Translations under genes and position numbers: made by a program
Assembly (NCBI GenBank): GCA_937926975.1
Contig: CALBCJ010000032.1
Span: 2,355 to 66,354, forward strand
Origin: an uncultured Propionibacteriaceae bacterium
GTDB lineage: Bacteria > Actinomycetota > Actinomycetes > Propionibacteriales > Propionibacteriaceae
Direction of reading: 5' to 3'
DNA length: 64,000 nt
In this document: positions 1-10,069 of the stretch, in pieces
How positions within the stretch are numbered: the first letter of the stretch is position 1
Layout: the number at the start of each line of letters is the position of its first letter
Notes under the pieces: model-generated
What the model saw: the letters and a program-made list of their open reading frames with translations, nothing else
The model's database searches: none
Told to the model about the DNA's origin: nothing

Positions 1-2462
1 TCCCCGACAACACCGTCGGGCCGCTGCTCGGCGCTCTCGGTGCCGAGCCGAGGATCGTCGAGGCCGCTGCCAAGGGGGCCATCACCAGGCTCCCGTCGGC
101 TCAGGGCAGCTCGGTCGCCCAGCCCAACATGTCGGGCGCCCTGGCCCGGGTGCTGGCCGACGCCGAGACCCGGGCTCAGCAGCTGGGCGACCAGTTCGTC
201 GCCACCGAGCACCTGCTGATCGCCCTGGCCGCGGTCAGCTCCGATGCCCGCCGGATCCTCACTGACCTGGGCGTCAGCGCCGACCAGATCACCCAGAAGT
301 TCAACGAGACCCGCGGCAGCCGCCGGGTCACCTCCGCCGAGCAGGAGGGCGGCCAGTCGTCGCTCGACAAGTACTCGGTCGACCTCACCCGCACCGCCCG
401 CGAGGGCCGGCTAGACCCCGTGATCGGGCGTGACGCCGAGATCCGCCGGGTGGTGCAGGTGCTGGCCCGGCGTACGAAGAACAACCCGGTCCTGATCGGC
501 GAGCCCGGAGTCGGCAAGACCGCCGTGGTCGACGGGCTGGCGCAGCGGATCGTGGCCGGTGACGTCCCGGACTCGCTCAAGGGGCGCCGGCTGGTGGCGC
601 TGGACCTGGCCAGCATGGTCGCCGGCGCCAAGTACCGCGGCGAGTTCGAGGAGCGGCTCAAGGCCGTCCTCAAGGAGATCGCCGAGGCCGAGGGCCAGAT
701 CATCACGTTTATCGACGAGCTGCACACCATGGTCGGCGCCGGCGCTACTGGCGACTCGTCGATGGACGCCGGCAACATGCTCAAGCCGATGCTCTCGCGC
801 GGCGAGCTGCGGATGATCGGCGCCACAACCCTCGATGAGTACCGGGAGCGGATCGAGAAGGACCCGGCCCTGGAGCGGCGCTTCCAGCAGGTGTACGTGG
901 GGGAGCCCTCGGTTGAGGACACGATCGCCATCCTGCGAGGGCTGCGGGAGCGGTACGAGGCGCATCACAAGGTCCGGATCACGGACGGCGCCCTGGTCGC
1001 CGCGGCCCAGCTGTCGAACCGGTACATCACCTCCCGCCAGCTGCCGGACAAGGCCATCGACCTGGTCGACGAGGCCGCGTCGCGGCTGCGGATGGAGATC
1101 GACTCCTCCCCGGAGGAGATCGACAAGCTGCGTCGCCAGGTCGACCGGATGACGATGCAGCAGCTGGCCCTGGAGAAGGAGGACGACCCGGCCTCGGTGG
1201 ACCGGCTGGCCCGGCTGCGGGCCGAGCTGGCCGACAGCCAGGAGCGGCTGCGCTCGCTGGAGCAGCGCTGGCAGGCGGAGAAGTCCGGGCTGAACCGGGT
1301 CGGCGAGCTCAAGGAGCAGATCGACCGGCTCCGGATGGCGGCCGAGCGGGCCCAGCGCGAAGGTGACCTGACCAAGGCCTCCGAGATCCTGTACGGGCAG
1401 ATCCCCACCATCGAGGCCCAGATGGAGGAGGCTGCCCAGGCCGAGAACCAGTCTCGGATGGTCTCCGACGAGGTCGCCGCCACCGATATCGCCGAGGTGG
1501 TGTCGAGCTGGACCGGGATCCCGGTGGGCAAGATGCTGGAGGGCGAGTCGGAGAAGCTGCTGGCGATGGAGGAGCGGATCGGGGAGCGCCTGATCGGTCA
1601 GGAGACGCCCGTGAAGGCGGTCTCGGACGCGGTCCGCCGGGCCCGGGCCGGGATCTCGGACCCGAACCGGCCGACCGGCTCCTTCCTCTTCCTGGGCCCC
1701 ACCGGCGTCGGCAAGACCGAGCTGGCGAAGGCCCTGGCCGGCTTCCTCTTCGACGACGACCAGGCCATGGTCCGCATCGACATGTCCGAGTACTCGGAGA
1801 AGTTCGCCGTGTCCCGGCTGGTCGGGGCGCCCCCGGGGTATGTGGGGTACGAGGAGGGCGGTCAGCTGACCGAGGCGGTGCGGCGCCGTCCGTACTCGGT
1901 GGTGCTGCTGGACGAGGTCGAGAAGGCTCACCCGGAGATCTTCAACATCCTGCTGCAGGTGCTCGACGACGGTCGGCTCACCGACGGCCAGGGCCGGACC
2001 GTGGACTTCCGCAACACCATCCTGATCCTGACCTCAAACCTGGGCTCGCAGTTCCTGGCCGACCCGACGATGGTCCCAGAGCTGAAGCAGGACGCCGTGA
2101 TGGGCGTGGTCCGCAAGGCCTTCAAGCCGGAGTTCCTGAACCGGCTCGACAACGTGGTGATGTTCGACCCGCTGACCCGCGAGGACCTGACCCGGATCGT
2201 CGGGATCAACCTGGCCCGGCTGAACACCCGGCTGGCCGAGCGGCGGATCACCGTCGACACCACCGACGCTGCCCAGGACTGGCTGGCTGACAAGGGCTTT
2301 GACCCGCTCTACGGGGCCCGCCCGCTGAAGCGGCTGATTCAGACCGCGATCGAGGACCAGCTCGCCCGCCAGGTGCTGGGCGGCGAGGTCCGCGACGGGC
2401 AGACGGTGGTCTTCGACGTCACCGACGACCGGGAGGGGCTGCGGGTCAGCGAGGTCCGGTGA
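1..2462 (+). CDS. clpB: ClpB-type AAA+ disaggregase, N-terminus cut by window edge
   Basis: Two AAA+ modules (Walker A GEPGVGKT and GPTGVGKT), long coiled-coil middle domain, C-terminal GARPLKR motif. The reading frame stays open upstream of Met129 to base 1 and encodes N-domain-like sequence. Confidence 0.95.
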   Translation, partial: PDNTVGPLLGALGAEPRIVEAAAKGAITRLPSAQGSSVAQPNMSGALARVLADAETRAQQLGDQFVATEHLLIALAAVSSDARRILTDLGVSADQITQKFNETRGSRRVTSAEQEGGQSSLDKYSVDLTRTAREGRLDPVIGRDAEIRRVVQVLARRTKNNPVLIGEPGVGKTAVVDGLAQRIVAGDVPDSLKGRRLVALDLASMVAGAKYRGEFEERLKAVLKEIAEAEGQIITFIDELHTMVGAGATGDSSMDAGNMLKPMLSRGELRMIGATTLDEYRERIEKDPALERRFQQVYVGEPSVEDTIAILRGLRERYEAHHKVRITDGALVAAAQLSNRYITSRQLPDKAIDLVDEAASRLRMEIDSSPEEIDKLRRQVDRMTMQQLALEKEDDPASVDRLARLRAELADSQERLRSLEQRWQAEKSGLNRVGELKEQIDRLRMAAERAQREGDLTKASEILYGQIPTIEAQMEEAAQAENQSRMVSDEVAATDIAEVVSSWTGIPVGKMLEGESEKLLAMEERIGERLIGQETPVKAVSDAVRRARAGISDPNRPTGSFLFLGPTGVGKTELAKALAGFLFDDDQAMVRIDMSEYSEKFAVSRLVGAPPGYVGYEEGGQLTEAVRRRPYSVVLLDEVEKAHPEIFNILLQVLDDGRLTDGQGRTVDFRNTILILTSNLGSQFLADPTMVPELKQDAVMGVVRKAFKPEFLNRLDNVVMFDPLTREDLTRIVGINLARLNTRLAERRITVDTTDAAQDWLADKGFDPLYGARPLKRLIQTAIEDQLARQVLGGEVRDGQTVVFDVTDDREGLRVSEVR

Positions 2463-2813
2463 GCACGGGCGCGTCTGGTGCTGGCTCGGAGCAGGCCACG
2501 AGAGGCAGGTCCAGCAGCACCAGGCGCGCCGCGGTGCCGGCCGGGTCGGCGCCACTTCCTGCGGGGCGTGCTGGCTGACGAGCCGGCGCCACTTCTCGTG
2601 CACCAGGTGGTTCCGGCGCTGCCCGGACCGGCGGGGCCGGAGTGAAGGCGACGTGTCACCTGGCCAGTGCTTGGCCTTGTGAGGGCCGAGTCGGTCGTCT
2701 GCGTACGACATCGCCGGGATCTCGGGCTGACCAGGATGCTTGCGAAGAAAGCATGCTTGCCTTAGCCTGATGTTGCGTGTCCGACCGGAGTGGGCACGGG
2801 AAGGAGAGCGGTT

Positions 2814-3103
2814 GTGCACGGTGACCTGGCCCAGCTGCCACCGGCGACACTGGCGGTCCTGGTGGTCGCCGGCCTGGCGCAGGTCGGCCTGATGGTGGTC
2901 TCGCTCGTGGTGTGCTTGAAGACCGAGGAGGCGCGGCTCACGCTGCCGCGCCTGGCCTGGTTGGCGATCGTGGTCCTGGTCGGGTTTGCCGGCCCGCTGG
3001 CATTCCTGGTCGTCGGCCGCCGCGCCGGGGCCCAGCCCGCGGCCCAGGCGGCGAGCGCGGCGAGTGTCGCCGCCGCTGTCGGCGACCTGTACGGGGAGGG
3101 CCG

Positions 3104-3107
<4 letters not shown>
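2814..3107 (+). CDS. small two-TM membrane protein, PLD-nuclease N-terminal (PLDc_N)-like
   Basis: GTG at 2814 lies 7 nt after AAGGAG (2801-2806). Two hydrophobic helices with LPRLAWLAIVVLVGFAGPLAFLVVGRR, typical of PLDc_N small proteins. Its stop overlaps the start of the next gene (GTGA). Confidence 0.6.
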
Positions 3108-4020
<913 letters not shown>

Positions 4021-4024
<4 letters not shown>

Positions 4025-4776
4025 CCGGTTTCACCGCACTGCTGCGCAAGGAGCTGCTGGAGATCGTCAGCACCTGGCGGGTCTGGGTCGTCGGCGGCCT
4101 GCTGCTGGGCATGGCGGTCCTCAGCGCCCTGACCGGGCGCTACCAGAAGGAGCTCATCGGCTCGCTGCTCGCGGCCGGGATCCAGATCACGCTGCCCGAC
4201 CCCACCTGGGCCGACTCCTTCGCCCAGTGGGCCAAGAACCTGACCGAGATCGGCCTGCTGATGGTGGTCCTGACCACCGGGGGGCTGATCAGCGCCGAGC
4301 GCAGCCAGGGCAGCCTGGTCCTGGTGCTCACCAAGCCGGTCTCACGGACCGCCTACGTTGTGGCGAAGTTCCTGGCCCAGGCCGGCTTCCTCGCCGTCGC
4401 GACGGCTCTGGCGGCCGGCGCTGAGCTGGCCCTGACAGCAGCGCTGTTCCCGGCCGTCGAGGCCGGCCCGGTGATCGCGGTGACCGGCGCCTGGCTGGTG
4501 CTGGCGATGCTGCTGATGGCCTGCACCCTGGTCGGCTCTGCCGGCCTGGACCGGGGCCTGGCCGCTGCCGGGACCGGCCTGGCAGGCCTGGTGGTCCTGC
4601 TGGTGCTGGGGCTGTGGGAGCCCGCGACCCGCTACAGCCCGGCCGGTCTCTACCAGGCGGTCGGCGCCCTGGCAGCGGGCGGGCAGGTCTCCGCCTGGCC
4701 GGTCGTGACCGGCCTGGTCGCCACGGCTGTGCTGGTGGCCGCGGCGGCCGGGGTCATGAGTCGCCGGGAGGTCTGA
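4021..4776 (+). CDS. ABC-2 type transporter permease
   Basis: ATGA overlap with the ATPase gene. Six predicted hydrophobic segments. Confidence 0.75.
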
Positions 4777-4862
4777 GCCGCCCTGGCCGTAGGTGGTATA
4801 CCTACGGGGACTGCTCGCGCCCGTACGCGGGGCAGGGATGAGCACACGGACCAGGAGGTGGC

Positions 4863-6059
4863 GTGCCTGAGTCTGGGCTGGTCGGGCTGCTGCGCGGCGC
4901 TGGTGCGTCCTTCGTCGGGCTCGGGCTGTTCGCCCGGCTCCCGCCGGCCATGCTCTCGCTCGGGCTCACCCTGTACGGCTACGCCCAGCTCAACAGCTTC
5001 GCCGCCGCCGGCAGCATCGTGGCCGGGGTGGCGCTCGGAGTCGCGGTCGGCGGGCCGGTCGTCGGTGCTGCGGCCGACCGCTGGGGGCAGCGGCGGACCG
5101 GGATCGTCGCCGCCTCGCTCACCACGGTCGCGCTGGCTGCGCTGGTCTGGGCGCTGCGTCCCGGGACCGGCCTGGGCTGGCTGGTGGCGCTGGCCTTTCT
5201 GACTGGCGCCGGGAACCCGCAGGTCGGGGCGATGGCCCGCGGACGCTGGGCCGCCAAGGCCCGTCAGCGGCCCGACCGGGCCCGCTACACCGGGCTCGCG
5301 ATGGCGTACGAGGGAGCGATCGACGAGGGTGCCTTCGTGGTCGGCCCGGTCCTGGTGAGCCTGCTGACGCTGGTGCACCCGCTGGCTGGGCTGGGGGTGG
5401 CGCTGCTGCTCGGGCTGGTGCTGCCGGTCGCCTTCGCGCTGCACCCGACTGCGCTGCCACCAGGGCGTACGCACCAGCCCAGCGATGACGAGCCGACTCG
5501 GGTGCCGTGGGCGCGGCTGGTGCCGGTGGGGCTGGTGTGCCTGTCGATCGGGGTGGTCTTCGGCTCCTCCTCGACCGGGATCACCGCCTGGCTGACCGAG
5601 CTCGGGCTCGGCGGCTGGGCCGGGGTCGTGTACGGCGGGATGGGCGTCGGCAGTGCCCTGTCAGGGCTGGCCACGACCCGGCTCCCGGTCAGCTTCGGCC
5701 AGGAGCAGCGGCTGGTGGTGTTCGGCCTGGGGCTCCTGGTGGTCTCCCCGGGGCTGGTGCTGGCCGGCTCGCCGCTGCTGCTGGCAGGGGCCTGCTTCCT
5801 GTGCGGCTGCTGCCTGGCGCCGGCGCTGATCGCGTCGTTCGCGATGGGGGAGCAGCGCTCGCCGCTGGCCCAGATCTCGACGGTGATGACTGCCCTTGGC
5901 GCCTGTGTAACGGTCGGGGTGGCGGCTGCCTCGTCGCTCAGCGGGCTGCTGGTCGACTCCCGGGGGGCCAGCAGCGCCCTGCTGGTCCCGATCGGGGCCG
6001 CGGCGGTGGCCGCCGTGACGGGTCTGGCGAGCTGGGGGTCAACCAGGTCCCGCGGCTGA
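4863..6059 (+). CDS. MFS transporter
   Basis: About 12 hydrophobic helices, and a GxxADRWGQRR motif in loop 2-3 typical of the major facilitator superfamily. Confidence 0.8.
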   Translation: MPESGLVGLLRGAGASFVGLGLFARLPPAMLSLGLTLYGYAQLNSFAAAGSIVAGVALGVAVGGPVVGAAADRWGQRRTGIVAASLTTVALAALVWALRPGTGLGWLVALAFLTGAGNPQVGAMARGRWAAKARQRPDRARYTGLAMAYEGAIDEGAFVVGPVLVSLLTLVHPLAGLGVALLLGLVLPVAFALHPTALPPGRTHQPSDDEPTRVPWARLVPVGLVCLSIGVVFGSSSTGITAWLTELGLGGWAGVVYGGMGVGSALSGLATTRLPVSFGQEQRLVVFGLGLLVVSPGLVLAGSPLLLAGACFLCGCCLAPALIASFAMGEQRSPLAQISTVMTALGACVTVGVAAASSLSGLLVDSRGASSALLVPIGAAAVAAVTGLASWGSTRSRG

Positions 6060-6063
6060 CACA

Positions 6064-6867
6064 ATGGCCGGCATGCTGGTGAGTGACCGGGACACGCCGG
6101 GGGCCTTCCTGGTGCGCGTAGACGGGGCTGACCAGTCGTTCGTGGACCCGGAGGACCCGACCCGGCTGGAGTTCGACTACGCCCAGCGGATCGGGGACGT
6201 GATCGACACGATGCGTCCGCCGGGGGAGCGGATCCGGGTGGTGCATGTTGGCGGCGGCGGGATGACCCTGGCCCGGTACGTGGCGGCGACCCGGCCGACC
6301 TCGGCCCAGATCGTGCTGGAGCCGGACGCCCAGCTGACTGCTCAGGTACGGGCTCGGCTGCCCCTGCCGCGGCAGTCAGGGATCAAGGTCCGCCCGGTCG
6401 ACGGGCGCACTGGCCTGGCGGCCCTGCCGGACGACTACGCCGACCTGGTGGTCCTGGACGCCTTCGCCGGTGCCCGGGTGCCCGCCGAGCTCACCACGTC
6501 GCAGTGGTGGGGCGAGGTGTCGCGGGTGCTGGTACGCGGCGGCACCGTGACCGCCAACATCACCGACCGGGTGCCGTTCTGGTACGCCAAGCGGGTCACC
6601 GCCGGGATCGCGGACCGCTTTCAGCCGGTGGTCTGCGCGGCCGAGCCGGCCACTCTCAAGGGGCACCGCTTCGGCAACCTGGTGGTCTCGGCCGGGGGTG
6701 GGATCGACCATGCCCGGCTGGAGCGCCTAGCGCGCCAGGCGGTCTTCCCGTACCGGGTGATGGGCGGGCTGCACCTGGCCCGCTGGGTCGGCCACGCCCC
6801 GGCCTTCACCGACGACGACGCCGAGCAGTCCCCACCGCCCCCGGGAGGTCCGACCACCTTCCGCTGA
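6064..6867 (+). CDS. spermidine-synthase-like SAM-dependent methyltransferase-fold protein
   Basis: VVHVGGGGMTLARY glycine-rich SAM loop and VVLDAF acidic motif. Starts 4 nt after the MFS gene. Confidence 0.7.
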   Translation: MAGMLVSDRDTPGAFLVRVDGADQSFVDPEDPTRLEFDYAQRIGDVIDTMRPPGERIRVVHVGGGGMTLARYVAATRPTSAQIVLEPDAQLTAQVRARLPLPRQSGIKVRPVDGRTGLAALPDDYADLVVLDAFAGARVPAELTTSQWWGEVSRVLVRGGTVTANITDRVPFWYAKRVTAGIADRFQPVVCAAEPATLKGHRFGNLVVSAGGGIDHARLERLARQAVFPYRVMGGLHLARWVGHAPAFTDDDAEQSPPPPGGPTTFR

Positions 6868-6882
6868 CCCGCTGGACGCGGA

Positions 6883-7539
6883 TCAGCTCATGGTGATGTC
6901 GCCCATGACGGTGTGGGGGCTGAGCTGGGCGAGGAGTGCGACGTGGGTGGTGGCGTCGGCGATCTCGATGTGGTCGACGTCGAGGGGGCCGCCGAGGTGG
7001 TAGGCGGGGACGAAGGTGTACATGGTGTCGGGGCCGACGGGGCCGTGCTTCTTCAGCGCCCGGGCGAACAAAGGCTCCCCGTCGGAGCCCAGCATGTCCG
7101 CCTCCATGATGGGGTCTCCTGACAGCTCCGTTTCGATCTGGATGTCTCGGTCCGCTTCGGTCTCCATCATCTCGATGGAGGATGCTGTGGGATAGATGTG
7201 GCCCAGCACAGGGTCGATGCTGAGGCTGGCCCCGGTTCGCTCGCCCCAGAGGAAGAGCTCGCCGAAGGCTGTGCGGACGATGGCATGCCAGGTATCGGTG
7301 CCCATAACGAGGTCGAGGTTGGCGGTCCAGGCCTCGACGACAGGCTGCCACTCAACCGGATCGCACAGCCAGTAGCGGCCGTCGTTGAAGCCGGCGAAGC
7401 CGTAGGTCTCCCAGAAGCGGAAGAGCAGGGGCGGGAAGATGTGGGCGTACTGGTCGTAGCGCTCGGGGGGTACGGGCTTGGTTGCTGTGGGCTCGCCCAG
7501 GTCGGCCTGGATGTCGGCCCAGTCCTCATCACTAGTCAT
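6883..7539 (-). CDS. Tdi1-like immunity protein (GAD-like + DUF1851), distal copy
   Basis: Paralog of 7532..8200. N-terminal 43 aa are identical, the central segment diverges and the C-terminus is conserved. FWETYGFAGFNDGRYWLCDP and AFGELFLWGERTG blocks. Confidence 0.75.
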   Translation of the reverse strand: MTSDEDWADIQADLGEPTATKPVPPERYDQYAHIFPPLLFRFWETYGFAGFNDGRYWLCDPVEWQPVVEAWTANLDLVMGTDTWHAIVRTAFGELFLWGERTGASLSIDPVLGHIYPTASSIEMMETEADRDIQIETELSGDPIMEADMLGSDGEPLFARALKKHGPVGPDTMYTFVPAYHLGGPLDVDHIEIADATTHVALLAQLSPHTVMGDITMS

Positions 7540-8200
7540 GGCTGCGGCCGATGGTGATGTCGCCCATGACGCGGTGGGGGCTGAGCTGGGCGAGGAGGGC
7601 GACGTGGGTAGTGGCGTCGGCGATCTCGATGTGGTCGACGGTGAGGGGGCCGCCGAGGTGGTAGGCGGGGACGAAGGTGTACATGGTGTCGGGGCCTACC
7701 GGTCCGTGCTTCTTCAGCGCCCGGGCGAACAAGTGCTTCCCGTCGGAGCCCAGCAGGTCAGCCTTCATGATGGAGCCTCCCGACACGGCTACCTCGATCT
7801 GAATGTCGCGACTACGCTCACTGGCCATCCGGTCATGCGAGCCCACAGCGGGGTAGATGTGTCCGTAGACCGGGTCGATGCTGAGGCTGCAGCCGGTTCG
7901 CTCGCCCCAGAGGAAGAGCTCGCCGAAGGCTGTGCGGACGATGGCGTGCCAGGTGTCGGTGCCCATGGCGAGGTCGAGGTTGGCGGTCCAGGCGTCGACG
8001 ACGGGCTGCCACTCGGCGGGGTCGCAGAGCCAGTAGCGGCCGTCGAGGAACCCGGCGAAGCCGTAGGTCTTCCAGAAGCGGAAGAGCAGGGGCGGGAAGA
8101 TGTGGGCGTACTGGTCGTACCGCTCGGGGGGTACGGGCTTGGTTGCTGTGGGCTCGCCCAGGTCGGCCTGGATGTCGGCCCAGTCCTCATCACTAGTCAT
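7532..8200 (-). CDS. Tdi1-like immunity protein (GAD-like + DUF1851), toxin-proximal copy
   Basis: Starts 1 nt after the toxin stop and overlaps the next copy by 8 nt. Same conserved blocks as the distal copy. Confidence 0.75.
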   Translation of the reverse strand: MTSDEDWADIQADLGEPTATKPVPPERYDQYAHIFPPLLFRFWKTYGFAGFLDGRYWLCDPAEWQPVVDAWTANLDLAMGTDTWHAIVRTAFGELFLWGERTGCSLSIDPVYGHIYPAVGSHDRMASERSRDIQIEVAVSGGSIMKADLLGSDGKHLFARALKKHGPVGPDTMYTFVPAYHLGGPLTVDHIEIADATTHVALLAQLSPHRVMGDITIGRSHD

Positions 8201-8201
8201 G

Positions 8202-8852
8202 TCACTCCAGAAGGAAGTCGATATTCAAAGGCAAGCCACCCTTGTCTGATGACTGCAGCTGCGTGGCGAAGGCCTCCAGGGCGTCTCGGCGAGCCTTCCA
8301 CTGGCTCCCGATCGATGAGTTCACGTACTTATCACCCATGCTCGGCAGCCCGTCGGAGCCAACGCCGATCACGTCCTTGCCGCCAGCCACGATATCGGGC
8401 TCGTGCAGGGCCGCGAGGGTCGACATCTGCTTCTTGGCCTCAGCCTCGGCCGCGGCCTTGGCCTCGCGGCGGCCCAGGCCCTGGTTGCGATAAACGTCTT
8501 CTAGGTCGCTCGCGAGCTGCCTCTGGAACTTCTCACGGGCTTCTCGCTGGGCGAGCCCCCCGCGCTTGACCTCGGCCAGGTTCTTGAGAAGGTCGTCGGC
8601 GGTCATGCTCTTCAGGCCGTCCATCTGGCGGCGGAGCTGCCGGACGTACTCGTCAGTCTTGCCAGCCAGGTTCTTGGTGCTTCCGGCCTTGAAGACGACG
8701 AGGTGCTCAGCCTTGGCCACGTCATCACCAACGCCCTTGAGGACCTGGTTCGGGTTGAGCTCGTGGCCACTCTTCTTGGCGACCTTCAAGATGTCGTCCA
8801 GCATCTCTCCGAAGATGCCCTTCAGGGCCGCCGCCTTGCCCTTAGGCATCAC
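8202..8852 (-). CDS. polymorphic toxin, Ntox15 (Toxin_43, Tde1-like HxxD nuclease) domain
   Basis: C-terminal AALHEPDIVAGGKDV (HxxD) block followed by Tdi1-like immunity genes. GGGAGG RBS. ATG at 8849 (or GTG at 8852) overlaps the TGA of the upstream ORF. Confidence 0.7.
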   Translation of the reverse strand: MMPKGKAAALKGIFGEMLDDILKVAKKSGHELNPNQVLKGVGDDVAKAEHLVVFKAGSTKNLAGKTDEYVRQLRRQMDGLKSMTADDLLKNLAEVKRGGLAQREAREKFQRQLASDLEDVYRNQGLGRREAKAAAEAEAKKQMSTLAALHEPDIVAGGKDVIGVGSDGLPSMGDKYVNSSIGSQWKARRDALEAFATQLQSSDKGGLPLNIDFLLE

Positions 8853-9346
8853 TGGCCTCCCATCAGCTTCTCCAGGGCCAGGTTCAAGGCCAGCTGCAGC
8901 AGCCGCCGGGCGATCTCCTTCGCGACCGGGATCCAGGCCAGGGACGCACCGAACGTCGCAGCCGCGGCTGCGACCGCCTGAGCAATCTGGATCGCCAGGA
9001 GGACCAGGTTGACCACGAAGGCGATCTTGAGCGCGATCACGGCGACCCCGACCACGAGCAGGCAGCCGCCGGTGATACTGCCAGCCAGGGCCAGCTTCTG
9101 GGCGACGTCAGCGACGCCGTCGATCTCGTCGAACGCCTTCTGGAAGGCTTCCATCGCGGGGCCGGAGCTGGTCGACAGAGCGTAGCTCTTGGCCTGATCA
9201 GCCAGGCCAGTGGCTGAGCCGACCTCCCCGGCGTACGACATCCACCGGTTCGCGTAGTCGAAGATCCGGTCCTCGTTGCCCTCGGGCCACTCAAAGCCCA
9301 GCATGTTCAGCAGGTACGACACCTCGCCGGGGAGCATGACCGCCAT
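8849..9346 (-). CDS. T7SS-signal / WXG100-like N-terminal domain protein with hydrophobic C-terminal half
   Basis: LPGEVSYLLNMLGFEWPEGNEDRIFDYANRW matches the N-terminal signature of actinobacterial ESX-dependent polymorphic toxins, followed by 2-3 hydrophobic helices. ATG at 9346 sits 1 nt after the upstream stop. Confidence 0.65.
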   Translation of the reverse strand: MAVMLPGEVSYLLNMLGFEWPEGNEDRIFDYANRWMSYAGEVGSATGLADQAKSYALSTSSGPAMEAFQKAFDEIDGVADVAQKLALAGSITGGCLLVVGVAVIALKIAFVVNLVLLAIQIAQAVAAAAATFGASLAWIPVAKEIARRLLQLALNLALEKLMGGQ

Positions 9347-9347
9347 C

Positions 9348-9665
9348 TCAGCCTCCCAGGATCGCGTCAGACGCCTGGACCGCGGCATCCTCGGTCGCGG
9401 AGTAGATCTCGGCGGCAGCGCCGAGACGCTGGCTGTGGGCCCCGTACTCCTCAGCAACCGAGTCGACGGTCTCCTGGACCCGCGCCAGCACCGCTGAGTA
9501 CAGCATGGACGCGACCCCGCCCAGGGTGTCGTTGGTGCCGAGGGCAGACACGTCACCGACCTCGCCCATCAGGGCCTGGGTCTTGGCGAGCAGGTCCTGG
9601 ACCGCCTCGTCCATCCCGCCGGCGGCCCGGCGCAGCGCGCTCGGCTCGAACTGGATGTCGCTCAC
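9348..9665 (-). CDS. small helical-hairpin protein, WXG100/ESX-secretion-associated-like
   Basis: 105 aa, two predicted long helices with a central turn. GTGA overlap with the upstream gene. Position is typical of ESX substrate or chaperone partners. Confidence 0.5.
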   Translation of the reverse strand: MSDIQFEPSALRRAAGGMDEAVQDLLAKTQALMGEVGDVSALGTNDTLGGVASMLYSAVLARVQETVDSVAEEYGAHSQRLGAAAEIYSATEDAAVQASDAILGG

Positions 9666-10069
9666 TGCTTCACCTGCCGCAGCATCTGGAGCATCGAGTC
9701 GGTGTACGCGTCCAGTGACCGGATCGAGTCCTCCTGGATCTGGCGGACCTGGTCGCGGACCGCGCCCAGGTCGGGAGACAGCTGGGACAGCTGGGCCATC
9801 AGCGCGGTCTGGTACGCCTCCAGGGCGTTGTTCACGGCCTCGGCAATGTGGTCACCCAGCTCGGCGTTGCTGAGTCGCAGCAGCTGCGGCTGCAGGCTGA
9901 CTTCCTGAACTCGGCCGTTGGTCACCGTCACCCGCAGCCGCTCGTCAGCGGCTGTGCCCTCCGCCGTGACCGGGCTGGACTCCAGGTCCGGGCCCGGCGA
10001 CGGGGCCTCAGCCCGAGCCAGCTGCGCATCCAGATCGGCAAACACCTGCCGCAACGATTCCATGGTCAT
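9662..10069 (-). CDS. YbaB/EbfC-like protein (ESX-locus associated type)
   Basis: LRVTVTNGRVQEVSLQPQLLRLSNAELGDHIAEAVNNA matches the YbaB-fold core. GAGGAG RBS lies 6 nt before the ATG at 10069. Confidence 0.6.
   Translation of the reverse strand: MTMESLRQVFADLDAQLARAEAPSPGPDLESSPVTAEGTAADERLRVTVTNGRVQEVSLQPQLLRLSNAELGDHIAEAVNNALEAYQTALMAQLSQLSPDLGAVRDQVRQIQEDSIRSLDAYTDSMLQMLRQVKQ

Noticed and set aside
411-1931. Long antisense or off-frame ORFs throughout the track (for example 411..1931 -, 20402..23416 +, 26804..28720 -, 33604..34770 -, 56984..59053 -, 60480..61718 +)
   Set aside because: They overlap confidently identified genes, and their translations are Arg/Pro/Gly/Ser-rich with no domain signatures. 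This is the expected artefact of a roughly 70% GC genome with few stop codons.
2736-2760. Direct repeat ATGCTTGC-N9-ATGCTTGC (also ATGCTT/AAGCAT inverted) upstream of the PLDc_N/ABC operon, considered as an operator
   Set aside because: Only 8 nt long in a locally AT-richer promoter region, and no adjacent regulator gene. Too little evidence.
2463-2790. Possible degraded gene or IS remnant in the 330-nt gap after clpB (minus-strand fragment MSYADDRLGPHKAKHWPG...)
   Set aside because: No recognisable domain, and the frame runs on into clpB antisense. No terminal repeats.
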